This document shows, piece after piece, positions 29,268-40,557 of a DNA stretch of 64,000 nt. Source of the DNA: Takakia lepidozioides (lineage: Eukaryota > Plantae > Bryophyta); NCBI GenBank assembly GCA_030704615.1, contig CM060732.1:43524001-43588000 (forward strand), given 5' to 3'. A model generated the notes under the pieces. That model searched no databases and was not told the origin of the DNA. It saw nothing but the letters and a program-made list of their open reading frames with translations. The translations under genes and the position numbers were made by a program. Position 1 is the first letter of the stretch. The number at the start of each line of letters is the position of its first letter.

Positions 29268-30197
29268 GTGCGCACCTGCCAAAATAGAGCCATAAATGGT
29301 TGACCACCGGTACAACATACGACACCATACACAACCATGTTGCTCCAGTGACCACAAGCACACTGACCGAACAGCTTGGCCATATGACAGCGACTGCTAA
29401 GCAGAATCCCAGTGTAACGGTCATCTATCCCAGATGTCGTACTGTTACATTTTTGGGCTTGTTTTTTGGAATCCAACCATCAATTGTGTGCCTTAACAGA
29501 AACTCGATAGTGGGGTTTGCAACAGTCAAGTAACCTGCAGCACAAAATGGAAGTCAAACCTAGAACCATGTTTGCAACATTGTGAAACTTGACTCCATTC
29601 TTAGTACAACGACTGTGACCCAGTGGGAAGAAGTTCTCAGCATATCTTGTTGCAGGCAAAGCAACTACATGTTTGAAGACGAAGGGAAACCACCTACAAG
29701 CCATGGACAAATTGAGAATGCCTTGGGCTACACCGCCCCCAAGCCATTGGTTCACCAATATGTTCTGCTCTATAAACTTGCTCTAATATGCGACTCCAAA
29801 AAAACTGATGGCACCATAGATGAGAAATGCATTTACAACCTTATTAAACTATCTTCTGAGATAACGTATGGGATACCCTTCTTCTCTAGTCAGTAATTTT
29901 AAAAGAGAACCAGTTCAAATAGTTTGAGTACAATATGAGCAAAGATGACTAGGAACAAGCTAAGGAAAAATGATATCATAGCAATTTGATAATCGCCTTA
30001 CATCCGCACGCAAGTACTAGTATAGTAGATGTCAGTACATAAGCACAGGACGGGATGACAATAGGAGGACTGATTGAAAAACTACCTAGCACCACGAAGC
30101 GAGTAGACCAAGAGGTAAGCTTGACGCCAACCCTTCCCTCAGGCATTTCCAGAAGTAGCGGCATCACAATGGGCTGAATGTAGAATGCAAACCCCAA
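29268..30197 (-). pseudogene. Amino acid transporter (Aa_trans/SLC38-like) gene fragment, three exons, with stops
   Basis: GFAFYIQPIVMPLLLEMP; NAFLIYGAISFFGVAY*..NILVNQWLGGGVAQGILNLSMA; VLVVTGAT..MVSYVVPVVNHL. Introns are retained; there are in-frame stops and a frameshift, and no 5' exons. Confidence 0.7.
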
Positions 30198-30469
30198 TTA
30201 TAATATTGCATGTGTCACATTCCCTTTGCCAAACATTGTGTGATTTTAGGCCTATGAAACATCATGCTTTAGAAAAATGATGGAGCCTCAACTACACTAA
30301 CAACAAGTGGCCACATATGTGATATGGTAGGCTCTACAGGGTGGGCATGAGATATACCTGCATGACCTTCGTATCATTTATTACAAATTGTCGGACACGT
30401 GAATACCCGCACTCTTTCTCAATCACTCGAGAGATTTTCCAGCTATGTGAACAAGCTGCATACAATATA

Positions 30470-32470
30470 ACTACCCAACACAACCTCACAATCCTCACGC
30501 ATACACGAAACTATTCATCCAAGGCATTTTCAGAGGCTTAGGTATACCTTTAAATCACACAAATTTCATATCGCTTACTGATGACACACTAATTAAACAA
30601 TACGGTCAACTACAACTTGTAGTTATAGATGAAATATCTCTTGTAGGTCGCCGAATGTTTTCATTCATAGACAAAAGATTGCGTTTCATCCAAGGCATTT
30701 TCAGAGGCTTAGGTATACCTTTAAATCACACAAATTTCATATCGCTTACTGATGACACACTAATTAAACAATACGGTCAACTACAACTTGTAGTTATAGA
30801 TGAAATATCTCTTGTAGGTCACCGAATGTTTTCATTCATAGACAAAAGATTGCGTTTAGATATGAAACGCATACCCAACAAACTTTTTGGAAACTTAGAT
30901 GTCATTGTCACTGGTGATTTTTATCAAGTCCCACCATTTAGAGATACGTGGATATTCCAAAATAAAATAAAAAATAAATCAAGATGATCAAACATTTGTT
31001 GAAATCTTAAACCGATTTTGAACGACGTCACATAACACTGATGATATTAAAAACATGAACAATGTATGTTATAGGCCGCCCCCGTCAGATCCAACATTAC
31101 CTCATCTATTTTTCACAAATACACGTACTCAAGCACACAATGAAGACATTTTTAATCGAACGGAATGCCAAATTTTTTTCATTCAAAGCAATAGACGTCC
31201 ATCATCCATTGTGTCCTTCATACGTCAAACCCCCTCTTGATGCCACTAAAATTGCAGGTTTACATACACTTGTGCGCATGAAACCCAACATGCGAGTAGA
31301 ATTGTGTGGAGACAACTATAACATCCAAGATGGTTTAGTAAATGGAGATGAATGAATTTTCAAACACGACACAACTTCATCATTACATCTGCTAGTTTAG
31401 ATGTATTTTTCTAATTAACGAATATGACATGAAACGCGAGCTTCTTATTCATACAAATACCAAAACAACAATGACATATGCAAATGTTGGACTCCAATTG
31501 CAGCCAAAACTAAACAAATTCAATTCACGAATAATCCTGACCACGTAATAACTCGTACTCAGTTCTCAATTCAAGTCGCAGCAGCACGTATTATACATAG
31601 AGCACACAGACTGACCATGGATCGTATGAACAGACACGAATTGACATACAAAGCTTTATCGCGCATAAAAGAATGACAAAATTTACATCTCCTAGCTCCA
31701 TTTAAGGACAAAAATTTACATGTGGATGATATAATACGTGAAGAAATAAACAAACTTCAAACAACTGCTAGATGAAAACTACTATTTGGGTGAAGCCTCT
31801 GCGACAAGGCAGTTAGCATACAGATCGAGTCTCACAGTTTCAAACTGCCAAGAATGTTGTATTCGTTCAATATACACTCACTATTGTGATATTATGGACA
31901 ACTACAACCTATGAACATCTCAAATATTATATTTAAATGCAACACGTTTACATCCAAATAATCAAAATTGGTCATTATATGTATCTAACGATCGCTTCTC
32001 AAGACTATCGTGTCGTGACGGACACGGAACAACCATTTTATATGATAGAACCACCTCGCTTCAAAATTGCAAAATTCAAACACACATTACTGCATCTTTC
32101 AATCCAAATTCTTGCAGAGCTATACATGTCATTGCAAATGTCCTTTGTTTTTCCTTCACAATACTTTGCAAAATGTGCAAAATTCATATGATCGAGCACC
32201 GAAACGTTGGCCAACGATTTTTATCGGAGATTTCAATATCAATCTTCACAAAGTTCCCAACAGAGAATCTGACATACTTCACTCATTCATGAAAAACTAC
32301 AACTTTCATCTTACATTCAAATGCTACGACAGACTATAATTCTCAATTAGATCATACATGGATTAATTGACCTACGCAACATTGTTTGTCTGGAACAAAA
32401 GAAGCATATTGGACTGACCACAAACCCATTCAAACTTCCAGATTACACAATCATTTTACAACTGATTTGT
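30470..32470 (+). mobile_element. Degenerate Helitron RepHel 3' part: PIF1-like helicase plus AP-like endonuclease (Helentron-type)
   Basis: LVVIDEISLVG (Walker B), FGNLDVIVTGDFYQVPP, GLVNG, TRTQFSIQVAAARIIH, YKALSR; then IFIGDFNINL, LDHTW, YWTDHKPI. Many stops and frameshifts. Confidence 0.85.
30514..30855 (+). repeat. 171-bp tandem duplication
   Basis: 30514-30684 is repeated almost exactly at 30685-30855 (gtcgccg vs gtcaccg difference). Confidence 0.9.
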
Positions 32471-32680
32471 AACTACAATAAGGCACGGCTTGCATGTATT
32501 CCATGCATTTGTTTTCATCTCACTGTAAATTGCTCAAGCGGTTGCTGCAAGATATTTTTTATTAAACCAATAATGAGAAGCAGCATGGAAAAGGTTGTGA
32601 TAGATTTGGTCATTTAATTATGATTGGAAAAGATTATGGAATATAAATAGTAGTGGATATTATATAGAGTGTCATAATAA

Positions 32681-32681
<1 letters not shown>

Positions 32682-32714
<33 letters not shown>
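32682..32714. repeat. (ATTG)n microsatellite
   Basis: Direct reading. Confidence 0.9.
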
Positions 32715-33590
32715 GGATGACTATAAAAAATTTGTAAATTAAGAAAGTGTGACAAAATACATCATATTTTCATCCACCTCGAAGAGAATGTTTCAATCAA
32801 ATTACTACCATTTTTATTTCATTATTCTGAAAAAACTAATTGCCATATTTATTTTTTAAACTTATTTTGATGTTAAATTTGTTAAAATATTTGGACGTCA
32901 AGAGATGTTTTTTTAAGAAAAAAGAGAATCTTGACATAACCTCAACACGTATTTATAAGCACAAAGTAAAAGTCAATACCTAGTATCTACAGTCATGTGC
33001 ACGAAGATTTTAGATTTAAGCAAGACTACTCTTTTTTGTTTGAATTTTGACGAACACAAATGTCATTACAGTCGGTGGGAGTGCTTTGATCTGCTGATCG
33101 CCACGTGTTCCAATAGTCAGGTAGATGCTCACCCTAGAGCCATATTACTCTTCTTGAGTTAGGTGATTGATTGACCATATTTATATAATATATAACTACC
33201 TATCTATATCTACATGTATAGAAGAAACACTTGGGAGCCACTGCTTACAAATCAGGCCTCTTAATTATAGTGAGAGGAAAAAATAACCTCTTTCAAAGTA
33301 ACCTCATCATGAGGCACTGAGCACAAGACTAAAAGGGACACCCCCAAAACGAAGGGGAAGAAGATAAATACCACACCTAACAAGGTAACAAGAATCACAG
33401 CTTGGATGACATCAAACTAAGCTACCACTGATGGTCATTGTTTTTAAGAGGAAGTTTTTTTCAGTTGACTTATTTTTAATATATTGATCAAATACGAGAA
33501 AAAACAAGAAAAGAAAAGAACAATAGAACTAACAAGTGAAAGAGGCGACCAAGAACTATTCGATTTTAAGGATGGTTGATTATTCAAAGT

Positions 33591-35471
33591 TTAAATCACC
33601 TGGTGTTCAACACACTCATGAGCACAACGCATGCTACAAGCGCGGTTTGTGGCTTCACGCAAAGCACGGATTCCACGGCGAGCACAATTTGTGTGGTAAA
33701 AATCAAGCGCAGTTTCATGATTTGTGCCTTGGATATATTGCTCCCTAATTCCTTCTTGAAATTGCAAAAAGCTTCGGCGAAGTATAGACCTGTTGCCCAT
33801 TCCGGCCACTTTTTGATCTTTTTGCTCCTGTTTTATCATATCATTTGTTGACTCTCAATCTTATTAAAAGGAGCAAGGAAAAAATAACCTTGCAAAGGTC
33901 GTGAAGACAAGCACAATGGAGATACAACTAAAAATGCAACCCACAACTCACGGACGAGGAGTGAATGAAGAGAACATAGAGGCAAGAATGCGTAATATCG
34001 AGCAAAGTGCGCCTCCTGGAAGCAGCACCAACATGATCCATAAGTAGAAAGCTTAATTTTAAATAAGTTTATTATTATTTATAATATAAAAACATACCCG
34101 TAAAATAACCATTTTAAGCTCATTGTTGTATTCATTTGCTTTCGTCCTCAAATAGATTGTTTGTTCAGAAAAATTCTCCAACTTTTGTTCGAGTTTTCCC
34201 TTGACATCCAACGTCTTCTTTAGTTGTGCCTACACTTATTGATAGAATTGAAACTTAGATAATGACGATTTTGCATAAATTTAATTTAATAATTTTCAAT
34301 ATCCATGTCAACTTTAAAGATCTTTATTATGGTATTTAATTCCTTGGAAGGCTTAGGATAATTAAAAGATTTACCTCAAGAGTAATGACTCGTTTCTCAG
34401 CTTCGGTTTGTTCATTCAAGTCTTTGGACATGATCAAAAGACGAGACTCCAAAGATGAACGTTCCAATTCAAAATCATGTACTTGATGATGGAGAACTTC
34501 CTCCAAGTTTTTTTTCTCTTTTTCTAGTTCCATAGCCCTACGGTAACAGAAGAACTATTTCACAGTAAACAAAAGGAATGATATACCCATAAAACTGATA
34601 AGTATAGCTTTGATATATCTAGTAGTATTTCATAACATATAATCATATCATCTAGTAATGCATGATTGTGCTATTTTCATTCAGAATTTCATGATGTTAA
34701 TATTCATGGGATGAGTAACCTGTTCTTTGAATTTGGAACTGTTCAATTCTATAAAGTTTAATAAGGTCAGAAATAATTTCATCACATATATGCACAACAT
34801 AGTGATAGTTGGTCTATATGAATAAAGTATACTAATAGTAACATTTAGAAAGTTATGATAGTTTCCATAAAAAGTTAAAAATTGTCATATCATATATTGT
34901 TTCTATTCAAGCCTCACTGAAGAAGTTCTTAGTGCATCTTTAATGAAAACACCTAAATTAACACTATTTGACATCAAAAATTTGAAGAAGAAATGATAGT
35001 CATTCAATCATCATTTTATTATTGAGTTCCTAACTAAGAATTCACAAACCGGTGAGCTAGCCAATGTTGGTTATTGAAATTCTCAGTCATATTGTCGTAC
35101 AAAGTGTTGACCTCACATTCCATTTTCTCTACATTTGCATTATTTTGTTTCATATATTGCTCCAACCTGTCATTAGCTTCCACGCCAAGATGTGAAAAAA
35201 AATAACCTACATGAGTGCCATTTCGGATAGGACGACATTTTATATAATCAACCACCTTTAAAATAAATCACTTATGCTAAAAGAAAGTGAAATACTTGTC
35301 ACGCAGCTGCTTATTAACACATTGCAACCGTTGTTCTCCATCAATATGGGCTTCCAAGTCTTGTTGCAATGCTGCCACTTGACGCCGTAAAGTGCCGGCA
35401 TCCGATGCCGGAGGCACCAACAAACCTTGATGACCTTTCAAACAGAGGTCATGCAGGCTCGAGTCACTCAT
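33591..35471 (-). CDS. Multi-exon coiled-coil protein of unknown function (possibly partial or a pseudogene)
   Basis: Five exon-like heptad-rich blocks in AT-rich introns: LRRQVAALQQDLEAH (35471-35295), LEQYMKQNNANVEKME (~35166-35050), MELEKEKKNLEEVLHHQ (~34538-34375), AQLKKTLDVKGKLEQKL (~34229-34098), RSILRRSFLQFQEGI (~33860-33594). Confidence 0.6.
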
Positions 35472-37224
35472 CTTGTTTCAAGTATCTAATGTAACCCTAG
35501 TGTGAAGAGGCTCTCACATCAATCACTAATAGAGAGATGATGCTGGCGGAAGCTAACATAAATAAGAGCCTCTTCCCATACGTGCCCAGTATGTAAGGAA
35601 GGTATGGGAGGGATATACTTAGAGATGCAAAAGAAATGTGTATGTGTGGTCTACTAGTTTGAAAATGGTGTATATATGGGAAAGAGGTAGAAAAATATGA
35701 AAAGGTACTAGAACAGGACAAAGAGGTATGGGCTATAGGCTACCAAACCATTTCACCAAACTTACTGAACCTCTACGTTATTATTATTATTTTTCTAGTA
35801 AACTAAACAATTAATCACACAGTTTGTGATCACGTAGTTTGCAACCTATTAACGGACGGCGGGATGTAATTTAGAAGACCCTATCATGAATGGTTGTGAT
35901 GTCCCCTTCGTTAAAAATATAAACGTAAATAAAAGAAAACGTGTTACTTTGAGTAACCATGAAATTTGGAGTCTATCAAAGCCAATTTAAAATAAATAAA
36001 CAAATAAAGGGGGAAGAAACCCCAAAATTGCATTGGAAACAGTGGAAAAATTAACCACCAGGGGGCCATGACGACTGACCGCGGGGAAACCACCCTGTGC
36101 CCAAGAGCACAAAGAGAAAGAAAGAAACCAAATAGCAGCCAAGGCACGAAAAGTAAGAGCAGAGAACATGACAGAGTAGCAAAGAACTCCTAATATCTAA
36201 GCTGGGTCATATTTAGGCCGACTCACTATATGGTGATTGCCATATGTTTAGAAATACAGATTTTTCACATAAATCCTTGAACATAAAATTAGACATACTG
36301 TCATTTCTTAAGTTCGTCCATCAAACAAGGTTGGTTAGCATAGAAAAAAATATTCTATATATTTTAAGAATATATCAAAATGTACTGTGGTGAATTGAAA
36401 TGATATGCTCACGCCAGAGATATTGTGAAATTATTCCAAATCTAACAATATAACCCTATTGTACAAAGATTATGTATTTATCAATTTCGGCGAAACCCAA
36501 GATGATTTCGTGGGCGGCAAATGCTTTTGTCTATCATTTGGTTTTGACGGGCCAGAGGCTATGGAATCAAATTAAATTGGTAATTTTTAATTATAGAAGT
36601 AGTTTAAAAATTGAATAAACTAATACAATACTTATGCCTACTTACATGTGAATGTCTAAGAGCATCTCCACAGCGAGCGAGCAAGGCCCATCAAACATTA
36701 TATATCCTGGTTATAGGGGTAACAATACTTTATACAAGGGCAGTTTGGTTGGCACTCCACGATTGGGACGGTAGAAGACCCGACACAGATAACCCCGATC
36801 GAGAGAAGCATGCTCACGCTTAACGCACTAAGAGTGAGCAAATTTCGTTAAGCGGAAGCACATAAGGGAAGCGGAGCCTATAACCGTGGAAAAACTAAGG
36901 CCTATTGTCGTGGACGCAATCTTGTGTGGAATGGAGGGTAACATGCCTAGGACCTAAGACGCCGAACTCCATGCATGAAAATTCAAGAGAAATGTGCGAT
37001 CAAATCTTATGGATGAATGATAAATTGAAATGGATGAATGGTGGATGAAAAATGATGGATGAATGAACCATGGATGACTGTAATAAGATTGATTGTAAAA
37101 GAACTTTCATCTTGTTGAATGAAGCGTGGCCATCCACCAACTCAAAGTTATACAGATTTTGCCTCACGTATTTTGGGTTGGATACACCTCACATGTCGGA
37201 TAACAATGCCATATAGGTGCATGT

Positions 37225-37792
37225 AAGATGATCTCATTCAAGAAAGTGTTGTCATTAGATGGTTGAAATAAATTACATGGTTAGAAAAAAATATTGATTG
37301 CAAAACAAGATTGATCTCATTCAAGAAAGTTTTGCAATTAACCAACACGAAGCCATCTCCAAGTTTACCCAAGTATTAATCGATCATGAGTTGGGTTAGG
37401 AGATGGTTGGAGAAAAAACATTGATTGCAATTCAAGACTGAAAAAAAATATTGATAATTACGAAATAAGATTGATCTCATTCAACAAAGTGTTGCCATCA
37501 ACCATCATGAAGCCATTTTCAAGTCTGCCCAGGTAGTCATGGGTCATAAGCTGGGTTATGAGATGGTTGGAAAAAAAAAAATCAATGGAAAACAAGATTG
37601 ATGTCATTCAAGAAAGTGTTGTCATTAACCATCTCAAAGTCTGCCCAAATCATAAGATGGTTGGAAAAAAAACCTTGATTGCAAGAGGACATTGATAAAA
37701 GTCAGGTCATAAGATGGCTGGAAAATAATATTGATTGCAAAAGAAGATTGATCTCATTCAAGAAAGTGTTAGCATTAACCAGCACGAAGCCA
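37225..37792. repeat. Degenerate tandem repeat, irregular units of about 80-150 bp
   Basis: aagattgatctcattcaagaaagtgttg recurs five times. Confidence 0.8.
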
Positions 37793-37924
37793 GATCTAAG
37801 GCCGGATACACTTCGGGACACTTTTTACCATGACATGACACAAAAACTGCATAGACTTTGCAATCTCAATCCCGATAACATCTCAAACTCGTGCAGTACT
37901 ATCTCGCTCAAGTAATGTCAAAAC

Positions 37925-38398
37925 CAGTGTTGGACTGGTATATAATACTGGTATATGCACTGGTATTAGATACCCGACCAGTCTGGTATCATTTGGGAGA
38001 GTACTTGGTCATATACCAGACCAGGCTGGTATCAGTTCTTTCATACCAGCCACAATACCAGTACTCCCCCACCTTCTTCCTAATTTACTCTGGTATGTAT
38101 ACTGAAGTAATTTATGTGTACATCTGCCTATATATTTGTACTTAAGTATATTTATTTCTTTATGTATATTTTATTTGTTTTCACTTGATATTTGCCATTT
38201 GACACATTTGTAACTCAAGATGGCTTTGGAATGATACCAGGGTTGATATCTCATACCAGCTGGTATTGTGGTCATGATACTCATATTCATACCAGTATGT
38301 GGAAAAAATACATCCACCATTATATAGACCAGACTGGTATGAAAGTTTTGTGATGCGTCTGGTACCAGGACCAGTCTGGTATGTAAAAAACTTGATAG
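37925..38398. mobile_element. hAT-type MITE family A, copy 2, right TIR deleted
   Basis: Near-identical to 22335-22797; TSD gtcaaaac at 37917-37924 and 38399-38406. Confidence 0.9.
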
Positions 38399-38409
38399 GT
38401 CAAAACATC

Positions 38410-39272
38410 ATTGGGTCCTATCGTACATTGGTGAATGTATGTGTCTCGTTTAAGATCACAAAACATCCTCTGAATATAGATGTAGTACAAATGTTTGCAC
38501 GACACAAATTTGTCGTAGGCCAATCGTTGCCATGGGGAGGGCGTGTAGGATATGCGGAAGGGAAAGCCCGTTAAGAATTGATCGTTATGACAGTTGGTCC
38601 TCTTGGGAGCCGAAACCCTGCATCCTCCAACATGTCAATTTTCTGTTTTGAGAGTGAAGTCCCCACCTTCACTGACCACACGATTGGTCACCGACTCACT
38701 AACAGTCCCCGTCACGCAACGCTTCATGTCATCGGGGAAGAACCAGAACTTGTGAGGCCTGGCCTCCCGCGCACTGTAATGCTTGAACAATCCTGAGAAA
38801 GTCGGGCCAGTAGTCCCGCCAGGGGCTCTACAAACCATAGAGGTGCACTTGATAAACGAGGTTGCCCTGATAGCGGAACATTTCACTTTTCATCTTTGGG
38901 GAGTCCGTTCTATGTGTGCCACATTGCGTCTGCACAGTCAGACTCCTGGATTGGCAACATGTTCTCCCTTTTTTCCTGTACAGTTGTAGTTGGTGAGCGC
39001 GGAGTGAACTTGGTATACAACGAACCTGCCTCAGGGCTATGAACTTCAACTTGTAGCGATGTCTCAATCTCCCTAGCGAACTTCTCGTCATCAAGGACTT
39101 GCCTCGCCACATCCTCTCTATCCTGCCGCTCCATATCCGCTGCGAGCTTAGCATCAGCTTCAACCTGATCGAGATGAGAGTCCGAGTCACTGTCGGACAG
39201 GAAAATAATTTCCTTGGATCGAAAACGCGGACGCTTCAAAGAAGAGGAACTCTCCCCAGCCCATCGCTTCAT
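38410..39272 (-). pseudogene. Degenerate ORF, probably transposon-associated
   Basis: MKRWAGESSSSLKRPRF..DAKLAADME..DEKFAREIE, then frameshifted WHIERTP..KCSAI..KC..GPTFSG..FWFFPDDMKRCVTG. Confidence 0.45.
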
Positions 39273-40557
39273 TCTTGGAGAGGTTCCAAGGAAGAATGAT
39301 CCTAAATAAAGGTTCTTTTTTCTTTTTTCTTTTTTTTCTTTTTTTTTGAGCGGTCGGTCTTGCCCAGGGAAGAAGCCCATTTTAAATTTTCTCTTTCAAT
39401 AAAGCTTTCAAGATACCCTGCTCCCTCTAGACGGTAGCTTAGTTCTCCCCCTCACTAATGGCAAAAGTGGAAAACAAACAAAGAATAAAAAGAAAAAAGA
39501 CCTTCTACTAACTGGTTGGTTCGTGAGGCTCGTTAGGCTAGTTTAGCAGGTCAAGGAACATTCCGCTTTGTCAGAAGGAGAAATCGTTAGTTGAGGGAAC
39601 CTTACGCCCGTTAGTAATCGCGTATGACCGGAAATAGCCGGTGGTGGTGGAGAGCGCGGGAACGTGCCACCAGGCAAGAACAAAACGGACCCAACAAAAC
39701 AGAGCAGCGCAGACCCACAACTTGAACCCCACAAGATTTGCTCGAGCGTCCGAGGGATGGCGCAAAGCCATACGTTTGCGAGATATTTGTCAGTGTGGTT
39801 GAAGGTCCTGGTCTCCTGAGGGTGCAGTTCTTCCTGAGAGAGGTGGAGCATGGAGGGAGATGGGGATATTTGAACCAAGGATGAACGTGGAACAGTTCAG
39901 TGGTGCAGTGGAATTGATTGAATCTGAGAGACACTCTTAGCTCGTGAAGCCTGCCGTTTTGGCTTTTGTGAATCCGTTTTTTCAAATTCTATCTACAAAG
40001 TGTTTTTTCATTTCGTCGTTTATGTTTTCTCTCCACAAGTTAGTCTTGTCGTGTGCATGCAGCTTGTGGAGAGAAGTTGTTCGTTTTACTTGAGAGGGTT
40101 CTCGGTTACTGGACCCATGTGTGCCTTTGTCCAATTTCAGTTTGCAAGACAGCGACACCAAATCACTGTCCACGATTAGATTTAAGATGGTCTCAGAGGC
40201 CTCATTCTGTTCTGTTGAAGAATTAGGCCATCGTTTGGTAACTGTTTCAGAACTTCTCTAGCCTCCCCCACTCTCACGTGTTTACGGCCAACTTCGGTCA
40301 CTTACTTCAGGAAGTTGAAAAGAAAAGTGAAATTCGACCACTCCTCTTCACAGAGCTGAGGATGTTACCATCGCAGCTTTCGGAAGGACCCACTGTTGCG
40401 GGTATGTTCTGCATGTTATTCAAATCTCATCACGATGAAGGGGAATGTCTCTTTGTGAACAAATTGAGGGTTTTTATCTGATTTTCTTCCTTGTTCATGG
40501 AATAACGCGAAGAGCAAGAATCACTGTATATTTTACATTAGTGAAGAAGCGCATTGT

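Noticed and set aside
36658-36675. Tourist/PIF-like TIR (taa-gagcatctcca)
   Set aside because: No matching opposite TIR found.
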